Under the pieces are notes generated by a model. The model did no database searches, was not told the DNA's origin, and worked only from the letters and a program-made list of their open reading frames with translations. A stretch of 62,507 nt of DNA, filler included, from Basidioascus undulatus (Eukaryota), in assembly GCA_000826855.1 (NCBI GenBank). It is 3 parts of 3 records of this genome, joined end to end, with 100 filler letters (N's around TTAATTAATTAA, not from the genome) between each part and the next. Parts side by side here need not be neighbours in the genome. Positions count along the whole stretch, not along the records: positions 41,758 to 62,507 come from JTLS01000361.1; 2 more parts are not named here. One strand, written 5' to 3'. This document shows positions 61,601-62,507 of this stretch, piece by piece (within the stretch, counting starts at the first letter, position 1; each line of letters starts with the position of its first letter). A program made the translations under genes and the position numbers.

Positions 61601-62507
61601 TGATTTGGAAGGGGAGAGGGGCGGTTCGGATGTGGAGGAGACCCCAAGGACTGCGTGAGTTTCTGTGGGACTTGCTTGAGCTGGGGACATATGCTGACAG
61701 GGCGGGTCGGTCTCAGGCTATCTCCGCTTCCCCGAGTCTCCTTCATCCAGCTCGACGAGGACCCCCCGCGCTCTTCGACCGACTCGTTCCGGATCGCGCG
61801 CAATCCCTCGCTCAGCCCACTGTCTTCCCCGCCCGATACGCCTCCACAGCCGATGTCTTCTCTCCCCTCCCCGCCCTCGCGCGCGGCGGACCGCTCCCCC
61901 TCGGGCCGCTCGCACACGAAGGACGCCAAGGTGTACGCGCACTACCTACACACGTACGAGTTCGACCCCATCCTGCGCACGCCGCTGTGGCAGCCGAGCG
62001 CGGACATCCGCATTGGCGACGTCGGCTTCGTCCGCGCGGGGCGGTTCACCCCGCTCCTCAATGCGTGCGATGAGCTTGCGGTGCTCGGGGCGCCGGCACC
62101 GTGCGAGGTGATCGAGACGACGAGGGAGGTGCTAGGCGGTCGGTCCGCTGCGCAGCGGGGGTTCGAGGCGATCTTTAAGGGGTTGGGAGGAGGGCATCGG
62201 AAGGGCTCGGGGGGAAAGCAGGGCGGGTGAGTGGCTGTCGGGCTGGCGTTTGCAGGAGATCGGCTGACGCTGTGGACGGGATAGGTGGGAATCCTCGAAG
62301 ACGTTCAGGCTCCCGTTGGTGCCAGGCAAGAAGCAGGCGTGCTTGCTCACGAGCACGTCGACGCTCGAGCTCGCGACGGACGCGAAGGCCGCGAGGGAAT
62401 GGTTCCAGGGCGCGGCCGGATACGTGCTCATTGCGTTTGGTGCGTTGCTGAGCGGGCGGATGGGTAGGGTATGCGCTAGCGCACGCTGGCTGACATTCTT
62501 TCGGGGT
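58678..62507 (+). CDS. TKL-family kinase with N-terminal MLKL-like helical domain and C-terminal possible gasdermin-like domain; 3' end beyond window
   Basis: N-term VPVPALGTAVSVLLKAWEQVN|QVKDQRHQCLRLIARAASLL...RWLKRYLKRGDIEGML. Kinase GKGYFA|TVYRGRW, VAIK, LRHPHI, HGDLK|ATN, DFG, GALRWRSPE, D|VYAF, CW...RPSF. C-term PLWQPSADIRIGDVGFVRAGRFTPLLN. Confidence 0.88.

Overview
Eukaryotic, intron-dense fungal genomic DNA, most consistent with a basidiomycete (short GTRMGT/GTGCGT...CTRAC...YAG introns, GC-rich codons). It is a draft scaffold with two artificial 100-bp N gaps carrying a TTAATTAATTAA linker. I reconstructed spliced gene models by eye. Apparently intact genes are Spc105/KNL1, an Hnm1/Uga4-type APC permease, two SDRs, a UCH-L3/Yuh1 deubiquitinase, a DUF3292-like membrane protein, mitochondrial bL34, TSR1, a SET/Vps75-type NAP chaperone, a GH71/GH99-like glycosidase, PRP19 and a MYND-finger protein. 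These alternate with lower-GC stretches holding decayed genes: a Ser/Thr kinase, an OPT transporter of about 46 exons with several lesions, a RING E3 and LRR-like fragments. The best candidate novel system is at the right end (58678 to beyond 62507): one protein joining an MLKL-like N-terminal helical domain, an intact TKL kinase and a C-terminal domain with a 'PLWxP..IGDVGF..G.F..L.N' signature resembling gasdermin-like folds, preceded by a 3x16-bp repeat containing CACGAAA. Family assignments come from motif recall, not database searches.
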